Positions 31,601 to 43,644 of a stretch of 64,000 bases of DNA are shown here, one piece after another. Both the position numbers and the translations under genes were made by a program. This stretch comes from Euglena gracilis (taxonomy: Eukaryota): the NCBI GenBank assembly GCA_039621445.1, contig CP154954.1, forward strand, positions 48,897,847-48,961,846, given 5' to 3'. Position 1 is the first letter of the stretch. The number at the start of each line of letters is the position of its first letter. Below the pieces are notes generated by a model. That model was not told the origin of the DNA. It made no database searches and saw nothing but the letters and a program-made list of their open reading frames with translations.

Positions 31601-34600
31601 ATGGGAAGTCTTGCTGGCATGGTTTAGGTGGTTTGGGATGAATTTAGGTGGAATACTGTCGAAAATGCCGGATTTACCTTGATTTGATTTTATCTTTATT
31701 TGGCCCAAATTGTCCACAACCCTGACCCTGTTAATTTAACAACTTTAACTTCATCAAAACGCATGGCGAGAATGGCAAATCCGGATATATTCGGGCAAAC
31801 TTGTCGGTGGTACCGGACCCCTATAGGGGTCCGGTAACCAGTGGAACTAGTAGCCTGGGGCTGTAACCCACAACTCACAAATAGTATCATTGTGTCGCCT
31901 TTTCTGCTTTTTTTTTGCTCAGAAGGCTTTCCAATTTTTGTTTTTTTAATTTATGAGCTTTCTTTGCTCTTCCCTGATGTAACTATCTACATTTAACTGT
32001 TATGTTTGGTAAAAAAAATGTATAATGTATATACATATATATGTATATATATATATATGTACATATATATATATCCATATATGTATATATATATATATAA
32101 TACAGCCCTCCATTACCCATCATACCCGAAACTGAGACTGAGTTCCAGCCAGGCGGGAGGCGCACCGTTTCCAAACTCTTCCCCTTGAAGCCAACCACCA
32201 GAGTCTTTCTCCTCATCAATCCTCTCATCATCCTCTCTGGGGACTCTGCCAAGGACAGCCCGCCCTCCCTTTGCCTTCAATCCTTTGCCTTCAACACGAA
32301 TCTCAATGGGGAGAGCACCGGGGAGGGTGGGCGCCCCCCCCCTCCCCGGCCGGTGTGGCGTGGCCCGGCGGCCGCTGCGGTGACCCCGTCCCCGCCCCCC
32401 ACCTCTTAGAGGGACCGGACCAGCCGCCCCCTCCCCTGCCGATACCTCACACCTCTCCGTCCCCTCTGTGTCCCTCGGCAGGGCTGGTCAGACGCGACAG
32501 CCCACGCCACTCGCGCCCCTTAAAGAGCTGCCCTCGCGCAGCACTCAACCACCTCCTCTCTGTTCCCCCCTCGCAGCGACGTTCCATTTGACGATGTGCA
32601 GTGCTGCTTGGAATGGAATGGCCCACCGGTTGCTGCCGTAGGATGGCATGCACGGTGCCAGGCACCGCGGCACAACGCAGTCCCCAGCCACTCCTGGCCT
32701 TGATTTGGGGGTCTGATCTTTTGGGGGGATTTAACCAGGGAAGGAGAAACCATCAATTATGGGTGGAGACATTGCCCTGGTGGCTCGGAGAGGCAACCGT
32801 GCAGGGTGCAAATAGGGGTTTGTTTGGGCCTTCATACAATATAATTGTTTGCAACAACGTCAAAATTTGTGCAATTCCAGGAAACAGGCAGAAGACAAGG
32901 TCTGATGAATCCCCATGTGAGTGCCGGATGTCAGGAATCTTTGCCAGGTGTTATTTGAGTCATCTGTGAAGGCGGACTGTGGCAGGATGGGAGCTATTGA
33001 AGGGGCTGGGGCCCCTTGGATGGTGTCTAGGGTGTGGCAGGGCAGGTCAGGGTCACCCCGGGGACGGCTGCGGTGTGGTCCATCCCCCTTCCTTCTCCCT
33101 GCAGCCTACCCCTTTCTTACTTTCTGCCAATAGTGGAGTGATGGCGAGGGCGTCGCTTCCCAAAGACCATCCAGGCAGCAGGACCCAGCCAGCCAGTGGC
33201 TTTTTTCCCCGGCCCCAGTTTTCCCCCCGTTTTACGAGTGTTACATTGAAAGTGAAAATGGCCCCCGAAACGTGTCGAAATGGTGAAAGCGGGTTGCTGT
33301 GTGCTGGGCTGGTCAAGCGTTGGGTCCAAAAATCGAAGCTGGCCCGCACAAACCTTCCGGCCCCTGAGCCGGTCGGGGGGAGGGGGAAGCGGCGCACTGG
33401 TGCTGACCCCGAAATTACGGCGGGGCTTCAACGCTCTGGCGGACTGCCTGAACCCTTTCCGGAACCCCAACAAGACGAAACGCCCACAGAGCCCCATCGG
33501 ACGGGGGCAGGGCCGTGCTCTCTTTCCGGCTCGAACCTTGTTGACCCAATCCCCCTTTGGTATGATGGGCCCATCCTTCCGCGTGTCTCACACGTCTCCC
33601 AGGCAGGTTCATCCGTTCCCAGAAGGGTGCGTTTTTTTCAAGAGGCGTGAGCCGACAAAGAGGGGTTGGGGTTTGTTTGCCACCGCCCTGGCGCGGTTGC
33701 TGAGCAGGACCCGTGGCACGCCTCGAATGCCGAGTACGGAGCAGTGGTACACTGGTACGAGGCCGACGCCCGAGATGAGCCGGCCACAGTCGAGGTTGAG
33801 CAGAGATCTTGCCATCTAACATTCCCACCCCACCACGGAGCTCACAGCCAAGATGAGCAAACCCTCACAAAGCAAAAAAAGCAACCCGCCCCCTCTTGTG
33901 GTGTTTCTTTCATGCTTGTCATGGTAAGATTTCGTTTGAATAAAAGCGAACGGAGCCTGGTGCGTCTTGCTGTGCCTCTTGGTCGGTCTCTGTCGGTGGG
34001 GCCATGGACGATGACACTCTGTACAACCACTACGGCGCCTGCCGCACCCAGGGCCGCTCGGGACATCTCGTTCCTGACGCATCCTTTGGCGGGAGCGCCA
34101 GTGGGGAAACAAATCACGTTTTTTTTTTGCTCTTTTTTTTTTTTTTTTTTATTTCTGGGGGGGAAGTGGGGGTGGGGGGGGGGGGCGGGGGGGGGAGGGG
34201 GGGGGAGAGGGGGGGGAGGGGGGGGGGGGAGGGAGGGGGGGTGGGGGGGGGGGAGAAGGGGGGGAGGGGGGTTTTTTTTTTTTCTTTTGCTCTTTTTTGC
34301 GTTTTTTTTTGCGTTTTTTTTGTTTTTTTTGCGTTTCGTTTGAGTTTTGTTTCATGTCAATTTTGCACCCCACCCACGTCAGGCTGGATGGCCAACCGCC
34401 AACCGCCAAACCCCCGACCACCACCCATTTCTCTGCCAACCCCGGGCTGGGCCCCGGGGGGGTCCTGGCGCCGCCCGCCTGGACAGCCTGCGGGAGATGA
34501 ACCGGCGGCTGGACATCGCCATCCTGGCCCTGTTCGACGGGCCGGGGACCGCGGAGGAGCGGAAGCAGGAGGCGGAGGCCTTGATCCTCGGCCCGCGTCC

Positions 34601-37600
34601 CGCCTGCCCCGGGACCCCAGCGGGACGAGGGGGGGGGGTTACAGTAGGAGGAGGTTCGAGCTCGAACGTTCGAGCTCGAACGTTTTTAAGCCCCCCCCTT
34701 CAAAGGGGGGGGGGCTTAAAAACGTTCGAGGTCCCTCCTCGAACGACCTCGAACGACATTCGAGGAGGGTCTCGAACCTCCTCGAACGACCTCGAACGAC
34801 GTTCGAGGAGGGTCTCGAACCTCCTCGAACGACCTCGAACGACGTTCGAGGAGGGTCTCGAACCTCCTCGAACGTCCTCGAACGACGTTCGAGGAGGGTC
34901 TCGAACCTCCTCGAACGTCCTCGAACGACGTTCGAGGAGGGTCTCGAACCTCCTCGAACGACCTCGAACGACATTCGAGGAGGGACCTCGAACCTCCTCG
35001 AACGTCCTCGAACGACATTTGAGGAGGTTCGAGACCCTCCTCCTGCGTACATGCATACAGCTTTCAACACCAACGTTTTCGACAAAGTTTGCGTGGGTTC
35101 CTTTTTTTTGGGTTTTTTGGTTTTTGGGAATTTTTTCAGAAACGACCACCCAAGCAGGCGAGACCTATTCCCTCTAGATATGTGATTGGGTTGGTAAATT
35201 GAACTTCTCAAATCCCCCCCCCCATCGCTCCCTACTCGGGCAATTTTTCGATTTTTCGATTTACCCAGGAATGTACTCATTCAAAAGTATTTGTGTTCAA
35301 AAATATTCCCATACCAAGAGAATTTCTGAGGTTATTAGAAGGAATAGGGTTAGGGTCAAGATTGCATCCCCAATGGTTGCAACCATCCCGCTCATCGTTG
35401 CTATATTTCCCTCTACAGGGTACACAGCGAACCCAAAGAGTCGCCCAACTAGGGTTAAAAACATGGGGGGACCCGAGCGAGGCGCCGAAGGCGCCGAGCG
35501 AGGGTCCCCCCATGTGTATTAACCCTAGTTGGGCGACTCTTTGGGGTAGCTGGTACCCTGTAGGGGGAAATTTTCCACGCATTGTCAAAGAAACATATTT
35601 TTTCTTTTGCAGAACGCACTGATTCTTCAAGATTTTTTTCAAAAATAATCCCATACCGAGAGAATTTCTGAGGTTATTAGAAGGAATAGGGTTAGGGTTA
35701 AGATTTCATCGCGAATGGTTGCCAACCATCCCGCTCATCGTCAGTGGCAGAATTTATAAGGAACATATTGCTGAGCTGTTTTGTAAGTTGCAAGTCCGTG
35801 GTTCGTTGTTCTTGATTCTGCTTTTTTTTGTCTTTCCGTGGCACGATCCGGAAGAAAGCAAAGACAGGGGCAGAGACAGAGAGGATTTTGTTTCATCTGT
35901 TTTTTTCTTTCAGTGGCAGAATTTAAAAGGAACATATTTTTCGATTTACGCAGGAATGCACTCATTCAAGAGTATTTGTGTTCAAAAATATTCCCGTCCC
36001 AAGAGAATTTCTGAGGTCATTAGAAGGAATAGGGTTAGGGTCAAGATTTCATCCCCAATGGTTGCAACCATCCCGCTCATCGTTGCTATATTTCCCTCTA
36101 CAGGGTACACAGCGAACCCAAAGAGTCGCCCAACTAGGGTTAAAAACATGGGGGGAGTCCCCCCCTGTGTATTAACCCTAGTTGGGCGACTCTTTGGGGT
36201 AGCTGGTACCCTGTAGGGGGAAATTTTCCACGCATTGTAAAAGAAACATATTTTTTCTTTTGCAGAACGCACTGATTCTTCAAGATTTTTTTCAAAAATA
36301 ATCCCATACCGAGAGAATTTCTGAGGTTATTAGAAGGAATAGGGTTAGGGTTAAGATTTCATCGCGAATGGTTGCCAACCATCCCGCTCATCGTCAGTGG
36401 CAGAATTTATCAGGAACGTATTGCTGAGCTGTTTTGTAAGTTGCAAGTCCATGGTTCGTTGTTCTTGATTCTGCTTTTTTTTTGTCTTTCCGTGGCACGA
36501 TCCGGAAGAAAGCAAAGACAGGGGCAGAGACAGAGAGGATTTTGTTTCATCTGTTTTTTTCTTTCAGTGGCAGAATTTAAAAGGAACATATTTTTCGATT
36601 TACGCAGGAATGCACTCATTCAAGAGAATTTCTGAGGTTATTAGAAGGAATAGGGTTAGGGTCAAGATTTCATCCCCAATGGTTGCAACCATCCCGCTCA
36701 TCGTTGCTATATTTCCCTCTACAGGGTACACAGCGAACCCAAAGAGTCGCCCAACTAGGGTTAAAAACATGGGGGGACCCGAGCGAGGCGCCGAAGGCGC
36801 CGAGCGAGGGTCCCCCCAGGTGTATTAACCCTAGTTGGGCGCCTCTTTGGGGTAGCTGGTACTTTGTAGGGGGAAATTTTCCACGCATTGTAAAAGAAAC
36901 ATTTTTTTTCTTACGCAGGAATGCACTGATTCATAAATATTTTTTCAAAAATATTCCCATACGGGGAGAATTTCGGAGGTTATTAGAAGGAATACGGTTA
37001 GGGTCAGGTTCAGGGTTAGAAAAAATTTTTTTACTTACGCAGGACTGCAGTCATTCAAAAGTATTTTCATTCAAAAATATTCCCAACGTCCTCCAATGAC
37101 CTCGAACGATATTCGAGGAGGGTTTCAAATGTCCTCGAACGACCTCGAATGGCACTCAAGGAGGGACCTCGAACCTCCTCGAACGACCTCGAACGACGTT
37201 CGAGGAGGGACCTCGAACCTCCTCGAACCTCCTCGAACGACCTCAAACGACGTTCGAGGAGGGTCTCGAACCTCCTCGAACGTCCTCGAACGACGTTCGA
37301 GGAGGGTCTCGAACCTCCTCGAATGTCGTTCGAGGAGGTTCGAGGAGGGTCTCGAACCTCCTCGAATGTCGTTCGAGGAGGTTCGAGGAGGTTCGAGACC
37401 CTCCTCCTACGGTCCATCCCACTACCGTAACCCTCCCGGACGAGGGGCACCGGGGAGGGGGGAGCGAGTTGCTCACCCGGCCAGGCGGAGCAACACAAGA
37501 GCACTGGTGTAAGGGGTACCTGGCCACTCACCGCACAGCACACTGGGCCAGAAGCGAAGTTAGTGCCGGCCATAAACAGACCAGAAGCCTTTGTGCAACT

Positions 37601-39256
37601 AAGGGGGGGGGGGGCGGGTGGGGCAGAACGGGATGACGTGCGCCCATGCTGGTCTATCACGGTCTATCACGTCAGGTTGGAGGCCTGGGTGAGAAAAACA
37701 ACGTTGTTGGGGAAAATACTGCCGGTCAAGTCGGAGGCAGGGTATGAAGTGAAGGTTGGTTTTGTTCAGGGGAAAGGGCCGTCAGACCACCCTCCCCCGT
37801 GAGGGGGGGGGGGGTCCAGACCCCCCCCCCCTTCGGACCGAGGGGGTAGGTCCGGACCCCCCCTGGGGAGCCAAAAAAATTTTCTGGCGCTTCGCGCTGG
37901 GGGATAAAATTTTTGGTGTATAATCCGGGGAAGATGATATTTTGGGTGTAATTTTAGACAATTTCGAACAAAAAAAAAACTGTGTGAAGAAGCGATTTTT
38001 GGTCATTTATTCAAGGCCAACAAAAACTTACAGCGCTCTGCGTCGGAAAGATTTTTGCAAAGGGAGGGTCCGACCGCCCCCTCCGGGGGTCCAGACCCTC
38101 CTCTTCCCCCTCATTTAATACCCTGGTTGAACAGGATTCCTTCCAATCAGCCGCAGTCATTTTTTGCAAGCAAACCTTCCTCGGCCCTGATTACCAAAGG
38201 ATGGAAGCTTACTGGCTTAGCAAATGAATTGAAAATGCGCTGCTCAAGTTTGGGCCTTGAACTTAAAAATTCGTATAAATATCACTCTGGGGCATTTTTA
38301 TATATAATTTTTTTTCTAGGTTGCTCCACTCCGGATCCAGCTGAGTCGCCTTTTTCCAGCTGGCCCCAACCCCTCAGGAGGACTCACAGGGGTCGCTGAC
38401 AAAACCACCAAGGGATGCGGCCCCCGTGGGTGCATTTTTTTGTTGATGTGAACGTGTCGATTTGGGGTGTCTCCCAAAGTGACCGACACCGCAAGTGGTG
38501 GCGTCCCCAACGATGGTCAACGTGCTCACCGCAGAGGGGGCGCGGAGGGCCGAGGCGGCCCGCCGCCGGGACGAGATCGGGGCCCTGGAGTGGCAGATCG
38601 AGCCGGTACGGGCCGAGCTGCGCCGCCGGGGCCTGACCCTGTGCCGGGCCGCCTCGTGTTGCACGATGAACGAGCCCGACGACCCCTCGCTGTGCCAGGT
38701 GTGGGCCCCCCGGGGTGGGGCGGACCCTTTTCGGGCCGATGACGTTCTCCTTCAAATTGTATTGCGGGTGGCAGCGAGGTTCTGTTCCGAACCTGTTCTC
38801 CAAAAAAACACGTCAGGAAACTCGGGTTCCAGCCATTGAGACGCGAAATCCACCTGTATCGGTATGTTTCAAAAATGTGGCTGCACGTTGTGCACGAAAT
38901 ATGTGTGCACGTTGTGCACGTTGTTGCCAGAAAGTGAAGACCAAAACATAGACTGCCTGCAGTCCGTTTCGAGCGTTTTTCAAGGAAACTCTCATGGTTA
39001 TGATAGCAGTGGGGGGCAGAAGAGCCGAGAAGAGCCGAAACGTTCTTTTAACGCGCAAGGTTTCAAATCCCCTCATGTGCTGTTCGAAATGGCTCCGCAC
39101 CTCCACATGCACACCAATCAAACCTGTGCCGCCATCGCTGTCGTTGCGCCAGCACTCCTCCCCCCCATCCGCCCCCATCGCCTGTGCCCCGCCGTCCCCC
39201 GCAGTTCTGCATCACGTACGTCGCGGACGCCGAGTTCCTCTGTTGCCACTACGCTG
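25271..39256 (+). CDS. Hypothetical multi-exon protein(s): Pro-rich N-terminal part, coiled coil, and a Cys/His-rich (possibly Zn-binding, RING-like) segment; may be more than one gene
   Basis: GC3-rich exon-like blocks at ~25271-25380, ~27000-27134, ~27390-27488, ~27600-27800, ~29770-29905 (ELANFWVDGPLLVHRYFEQLRSENAALRADVARL), ~30120-30195, ~33390-33480, ~33705-33795, ~34000-34050, ~34475-34590, ~38510-38698 and 39205-39256. A GT-AG join gives DPSLCQ|FCITYVADAEFLCCHYA. The full structure is not resolved. Confidence 0.45.
27138..27385. mobile_element. MITE, CAGGGGTTTTTTT family, lying directly between two exon-like blocks
   Basis: CAGGGTTTTTTTT ... AAAAAAAACCCCTG; flanks ccccgcgc / gcccccgc (6/8). 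Confidence 0.75.
34631..37437. mobile_element. TIR element with GAACCTCCTCGAAC subterminal arrays and an internal tandem-duplicated cargo
   Basis: Ends GGGGTTACAGTAGG ... CCACTACCGTAACCCTCCC; direct repeat GGACGAGG at 34623-34630 and 37438-37445; arrays at ~34650-35045 and ~37090-37410. Confidence 0.75.
35255..37085. repeat. Higher-order tandem repeat (alternating ~310-345 bp A/B subunits, about three periods) with long hairpins
   Basis: GAGAATTTCTGAGGTTATTAGAAGGAATAGGGTTAGGG (or a near copy) recurs at ~35318, 35659, 36003, 36312, 36624 and 36966. An inverted fragment lies at ~52624-52860. Confidence 0.9.
37466..37602 (+). mobile_element. 5'-truncated SINE-like retroposon copy
   Basis: Ends ...GTGCAACTAA and is flanked by degenerate G-rich direct repeats. 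Homologous to the copies at 11700 and 61071. Confidence 0.7.
37738..38125. mobile_element. Degenerate MITE, CAG/CTG TIR
   Basis: CAGGGTATGAAGTGA ... TCATTTAATACCCTG; internal GGCGCTTCGCGC hairpin; TSD degraded (4/8). Confidence 0.55.
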
Positions 39257-42200
39257 GTGCCTGTTCCAAATGTGCGGCCCCCGTCCCCCTTCCGCCCCCA
39301 GCTGGCATCCTGCCCCCCCCCCCCCGGCCAACACTGCCAAGCTAGGGCCGGCCCGCCCCGGCTGTCCACCATTTCCCCATTTCCCCGGCATTTCCCAACA
39401 AACAGGAAGTGGGGCACGGGGCGGCCAAGTGCCCTCATCTCCACCAGCAACGCTTGTCCCCACTGCCGAGCGATTAACCCAAAGGTCCAGCCCAGGCGGT
39501 CGTTTGCGGGGTGAGCGGTGGACGCTGTTGATGGGAACACGCGGGGAGCGGAGGACTGGTTCTGCACCAGAGCACCGCTAGCCCGTCGACAATCGTGTTT
39601 CCGCCTTTTTTTTTAGCGTCAGTGGAAATAATCCACCCGCTCTAAAGGAAGATTGGCCTCCTCCAGACTTCTTATGAGCACACATGCCGGGGTCAGGACT
39701 GTACAAGCCGATCCACCTCCATCTTGGTGGGTGGGGGCACCCCCACCTCTTCCCGTGTGAGGCAGAGAGGTGGGTCATTTATCCAATTCCCCTTCCATCC
39801 AACCCTGCAGAAGTCCTCACACCAGTGGAGGTGCACATGCATTTTTGGTTGTTTTTTTATTTCGGCAAAATTTGTGGTTTTTTTGTGTCATTTTCCCCAG
39901 TAATTTTCTGATCCTTTCTGGGTTCCTTGGGCTTGAAAAAATCCGCATTTTGGCCCGATTTCTTCCCGAGACCAATTTTTTGTCGAATTTTTTCTCGTTT
40001 TTTGACAGCTCCTGAAGGACTTTACATACAACTTGCGTCTTTTTTTTGCATTCTTTTGTTTTTTGTCGCCTTTTTTTAGGGTCATTTTGCCCCCCCCCCA
40101 CTGCTCACCCCTCCCCACCTCACCAGTCCCCTCCCCGCCGGGATTGGCGGGAAACGGCCACCTGGCGCGGACTGCGGCGCAAGTCGTCGGCCAGGAGATC
40201 CCTTCCCCCGGCGTAGCATCGTGAGGGGGAGGGGGAGGGGGAGAAGTGCGTGCCGCTAGATCCGGCCTGTCCCGCTGTACATACCAACCCGCAGCCCCCC
40301 TGCCGTCCAGTCCCCCGAATGATGGTGTGTCCCTGGGGGCTGGGGCTGGCATCCCGACTATCTTTGACACTTTGAAATCCAAATTCTTGAAATGGCGCTT
40401 CCTGAAAGATTTACCCCCCCCGGGATATTGACCCGGGTCAAGTTGGGCCCAATGGCCCAGGGGTCACTTCCCCCATATTTGGGCTCGCATGCCACATAAC
40501 TGGATGAAATCTCAAGACACCCTATCACCATTGACCATTGGACATCATCTTGGGAAATATGTGTTGTCGACGTTTTCAACTTCTTCGTCCAACAAAGAAG
40601 ACATTTCAGCAGGGAAACATTTCTTGTAGTGTATTTTTGAACTCAGAAAAAAATTTCCAGGGATGGGTTCAGGTTGGCCCAACAGAGGACGAGGTCAACA
40701 GCCCATGGGCTCAACAGCCTGGGGGGTAATATCCTTTATTTAAGATATCCCGGGGGGTGACCTCCTTTTTTCTCATGGATTTTTTTTTCATTTCTACTGC
40801 AGACAACAGAGTTTTTTCTGTGATTCTTGTTTACATTTCAGCCTTTTTTGTTCAAAAAGATGCGATTCGCGAAACACCATCGTCAAGGTCCATTCTGGGT
40901 CCGTTTTCAGTCTCCTCCCCCACACTGACCCAAAGAGACAGTGTTTGGCACAGAAACCCAGACATTCCAAAAGGGCGCCCCGGGGATTGGCGCTTGGCCT
41001 TTTTTTTCCAAAGTCCAAAGCAAATGTCGCTTTGGGAATGTGTCCAAAGTGAGCCCTTGCCCCCTCCCTTCCGTTCCCCCCATCTCCACGCCTGTCGTCT
41101 CGCCGCTCGCCGTAGTGTACATATCGTTTTGCCGCTGGAGTAAGCATCGCAATCTGCTGCTGACCCCACTGGTGGTGCCGTTCATGTGCGCGTGAACGTT
41201 GCAGGCAGTCCCCAGCCCTGCCCAGGGGATTTCTTTGTCATGTTTTCAACCCTTGCCCCCCCCCCCCCCCGTTGGATCGGAGGAGCAATGGGCTGCTGCA
41301 TCTTTTGTTCGGGGGGACAGAGCGTAGATGTGATTGGTTTGGATTGATTTGGGCTAGACTTAAATCGACCAAGTAAATGCGCTTTCATGAAATGAAATAC
41401 CATTGCAAATTGTCCAGGGACAGAAGGACTCCCCCAAAGCCCGAAACATGTTTATTCTCCCCAGGAATCTGCCAAGGTCTGTAGATCGCTTTGGATACGC
41501 CTAATACATCTAATTCTGTTTTTCACCACCAACTTATTGTAGGGGTATCAAGCATTCAGTGGGCTGGGCATCTTTGGACCCACTTTTGGGCAATCCAAGA
41601 TGGAAACCCTGCCAACACAAGCTGAGGGGGAAATGACTTAGGCAAGGTGCTAAAAATGGCCCAAAACGACCTAAAATAGCCCAAATGGTTGCCTTGTTCA
41701 AGTCACCCCCCCCCAGCCTGTGTTGACAGCCTATGCTGCCATCTTGTATTGCCCAAAGTTGCGCCCAAAGCTGCCCAGCCCAGTATGGCTTGCCTCGCCC
41801 CCCCCCCCTGCCTGAGGTTTGGCTTGGCATACAGAATGGGTCACAAGTCGAAAAAATATTATTATGCCCTCATGGGATTGGCCTCAATTTTACACAGCCC
41901 GTTGCGGCTGCTTAAAGATTAAACAAAGGTCACAGCTGTTTGTTTTACTGACTGCTTTTCGATCCAATGTACCCCCTGACTCCGCTTTTGCGCCTTTCTT
42001 CCCAGGATGGCACTCCGCGTTTTCTGTGAATTTCCGAACTAACACCTCTGGCCAGGGGTACCCCAGTGTGCCCCAGGGTCAGTTTGTCAGTTTGTCAGTT
42101 TGGGGGAAGGTTCATCAAGCAGCGCCCCATGAGCTGGTCTGTAGAAGGACGTCCGATGATCACCTGCGATCGCACACATCAGGAAAATCATGGCGCGCAT

Positions 42201-43644
42201 TTCAAATTTGCTGTTGGACATAGTTCTCTCCCCAATCGGCGACTGGCGCGTCGTACGGCCCCTGCGGTGAGCCGCCGCAGACCATCCTGCCGGCGACCCT
42301 CTCCCGTGAGTGTCCGCCCCTCGTCTGCCGTTCTCTGTTACCCCCGTCTGCTCCCCTCCCCCTCCCACCTGTCCGTGAGAGCCAGCTTTGCCGGCATGCC
42401 AAACTCACCAAAATTGGCGCCTCTCCCTCCCACCCTCTTTTCCTGCGGTTGGCAACAAAATCTCGTTGGTTCTTGTGGCAGTGCAGGTCGTGCAGATGTG
42501 GGGGGGTCCAGGCCAAAACCCCACCACTGGGGATGGTCTGTCGTTTGAACCGAAGGTTGAAGCAGTGTAATTTTGAAAAGTGGTGGGAATTTTTAGGGCT
42601 TTTGTTTGCTTGGCCCAACCCCTGTATTTTCTCAGAAAGAATGTCAAAAAAGGCTTTACGCCGATTTTTTTGCATTATTTCTTTGGAAAATCCTTGCCCA
42701 AAAAGATCCCAAAATTATATCTCCGACCGATTTTGAAGGCAATAAGTTTTTGTTAGCCTTTAACTACTGGGCCCCCCTGGGGGACCAATAGTTAAGCCTT
42801 AAACTACTGGGCCCCCCTGGGGGCCCAATAGTTAAACAAGGGTGGTTCACTTTCTCGAACGCAAGCTGATGGGGTTTCGACAGCATTTTTGGGGTTGTTT
42901 TCCTTCTTTTTTTTTTAGGGGTAGGGCTCACAATTATCGTTCCAAAAAGATTTAAGGTTAGGGTTAGGCCAAAATTAGGGCGTTCGGCCGAAATTGAGCC
43001 CAAATTCTTGCGTAAATTCGGCCTGATTTAGGATTAATGGCCTAAACCTAACTGCAAAGTGCCAGGGAAAAAATTGGCAGCCTTTAATTACAGGCCCGGT
43101 AGCTAAACAAAAGGATCGGACCCCACAATCGCCTCTCCACGGAGTTCTCCTGGACAAACGGAGTTGTCATGGACAAACACGCAGTATGGAAGTTGTAATG
43201 ATAGGGGTTAGGGTTAGGGATAGGGTTGCCCTGGAATGCGCCACTGTTTAGGTGGGGGGCCTCCCCCGGGAACCCCATTATAAAAAAAATGACCAACAGC
43301 CTCCGATGCCCCTGTTTGGGGCTGGAAAACTGATGTTGTGAAACTGCAGCCTTCTCTTTCCTGGATTCCTGCGGTGCTGGACCCCCTCCCACAGATTTGT
43401 TTAACACTGCGTGACCCTCCCCCCCCCTTCTTGGCACTCCCGGGGGGAGTTCGACTAAAGGTGAGTGGGATGGGGCCACCCCCCCCCCCCGGGAGTCCGG
43501 TGGTCCCAACCTCTGCTGGGCTTCCGCACCTCCTCCTCCGGCGTTCCCACCGACAGTGTGAATGACCCCCCCGCCGTCCTCGGCCTCGTCCCCAAACCCC
43601 TAAATTAGGACCTCCCCCGGCCGTTCCCCAGCCCCACACACCAT

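Noticed and set aside
34004-35280. Longest ORFs in the track (393 aa and overlapping frames)
   Set aside because: They read through poly-G/T tracts and the stop-poor TCGAAC array; only short parts are exon-like.
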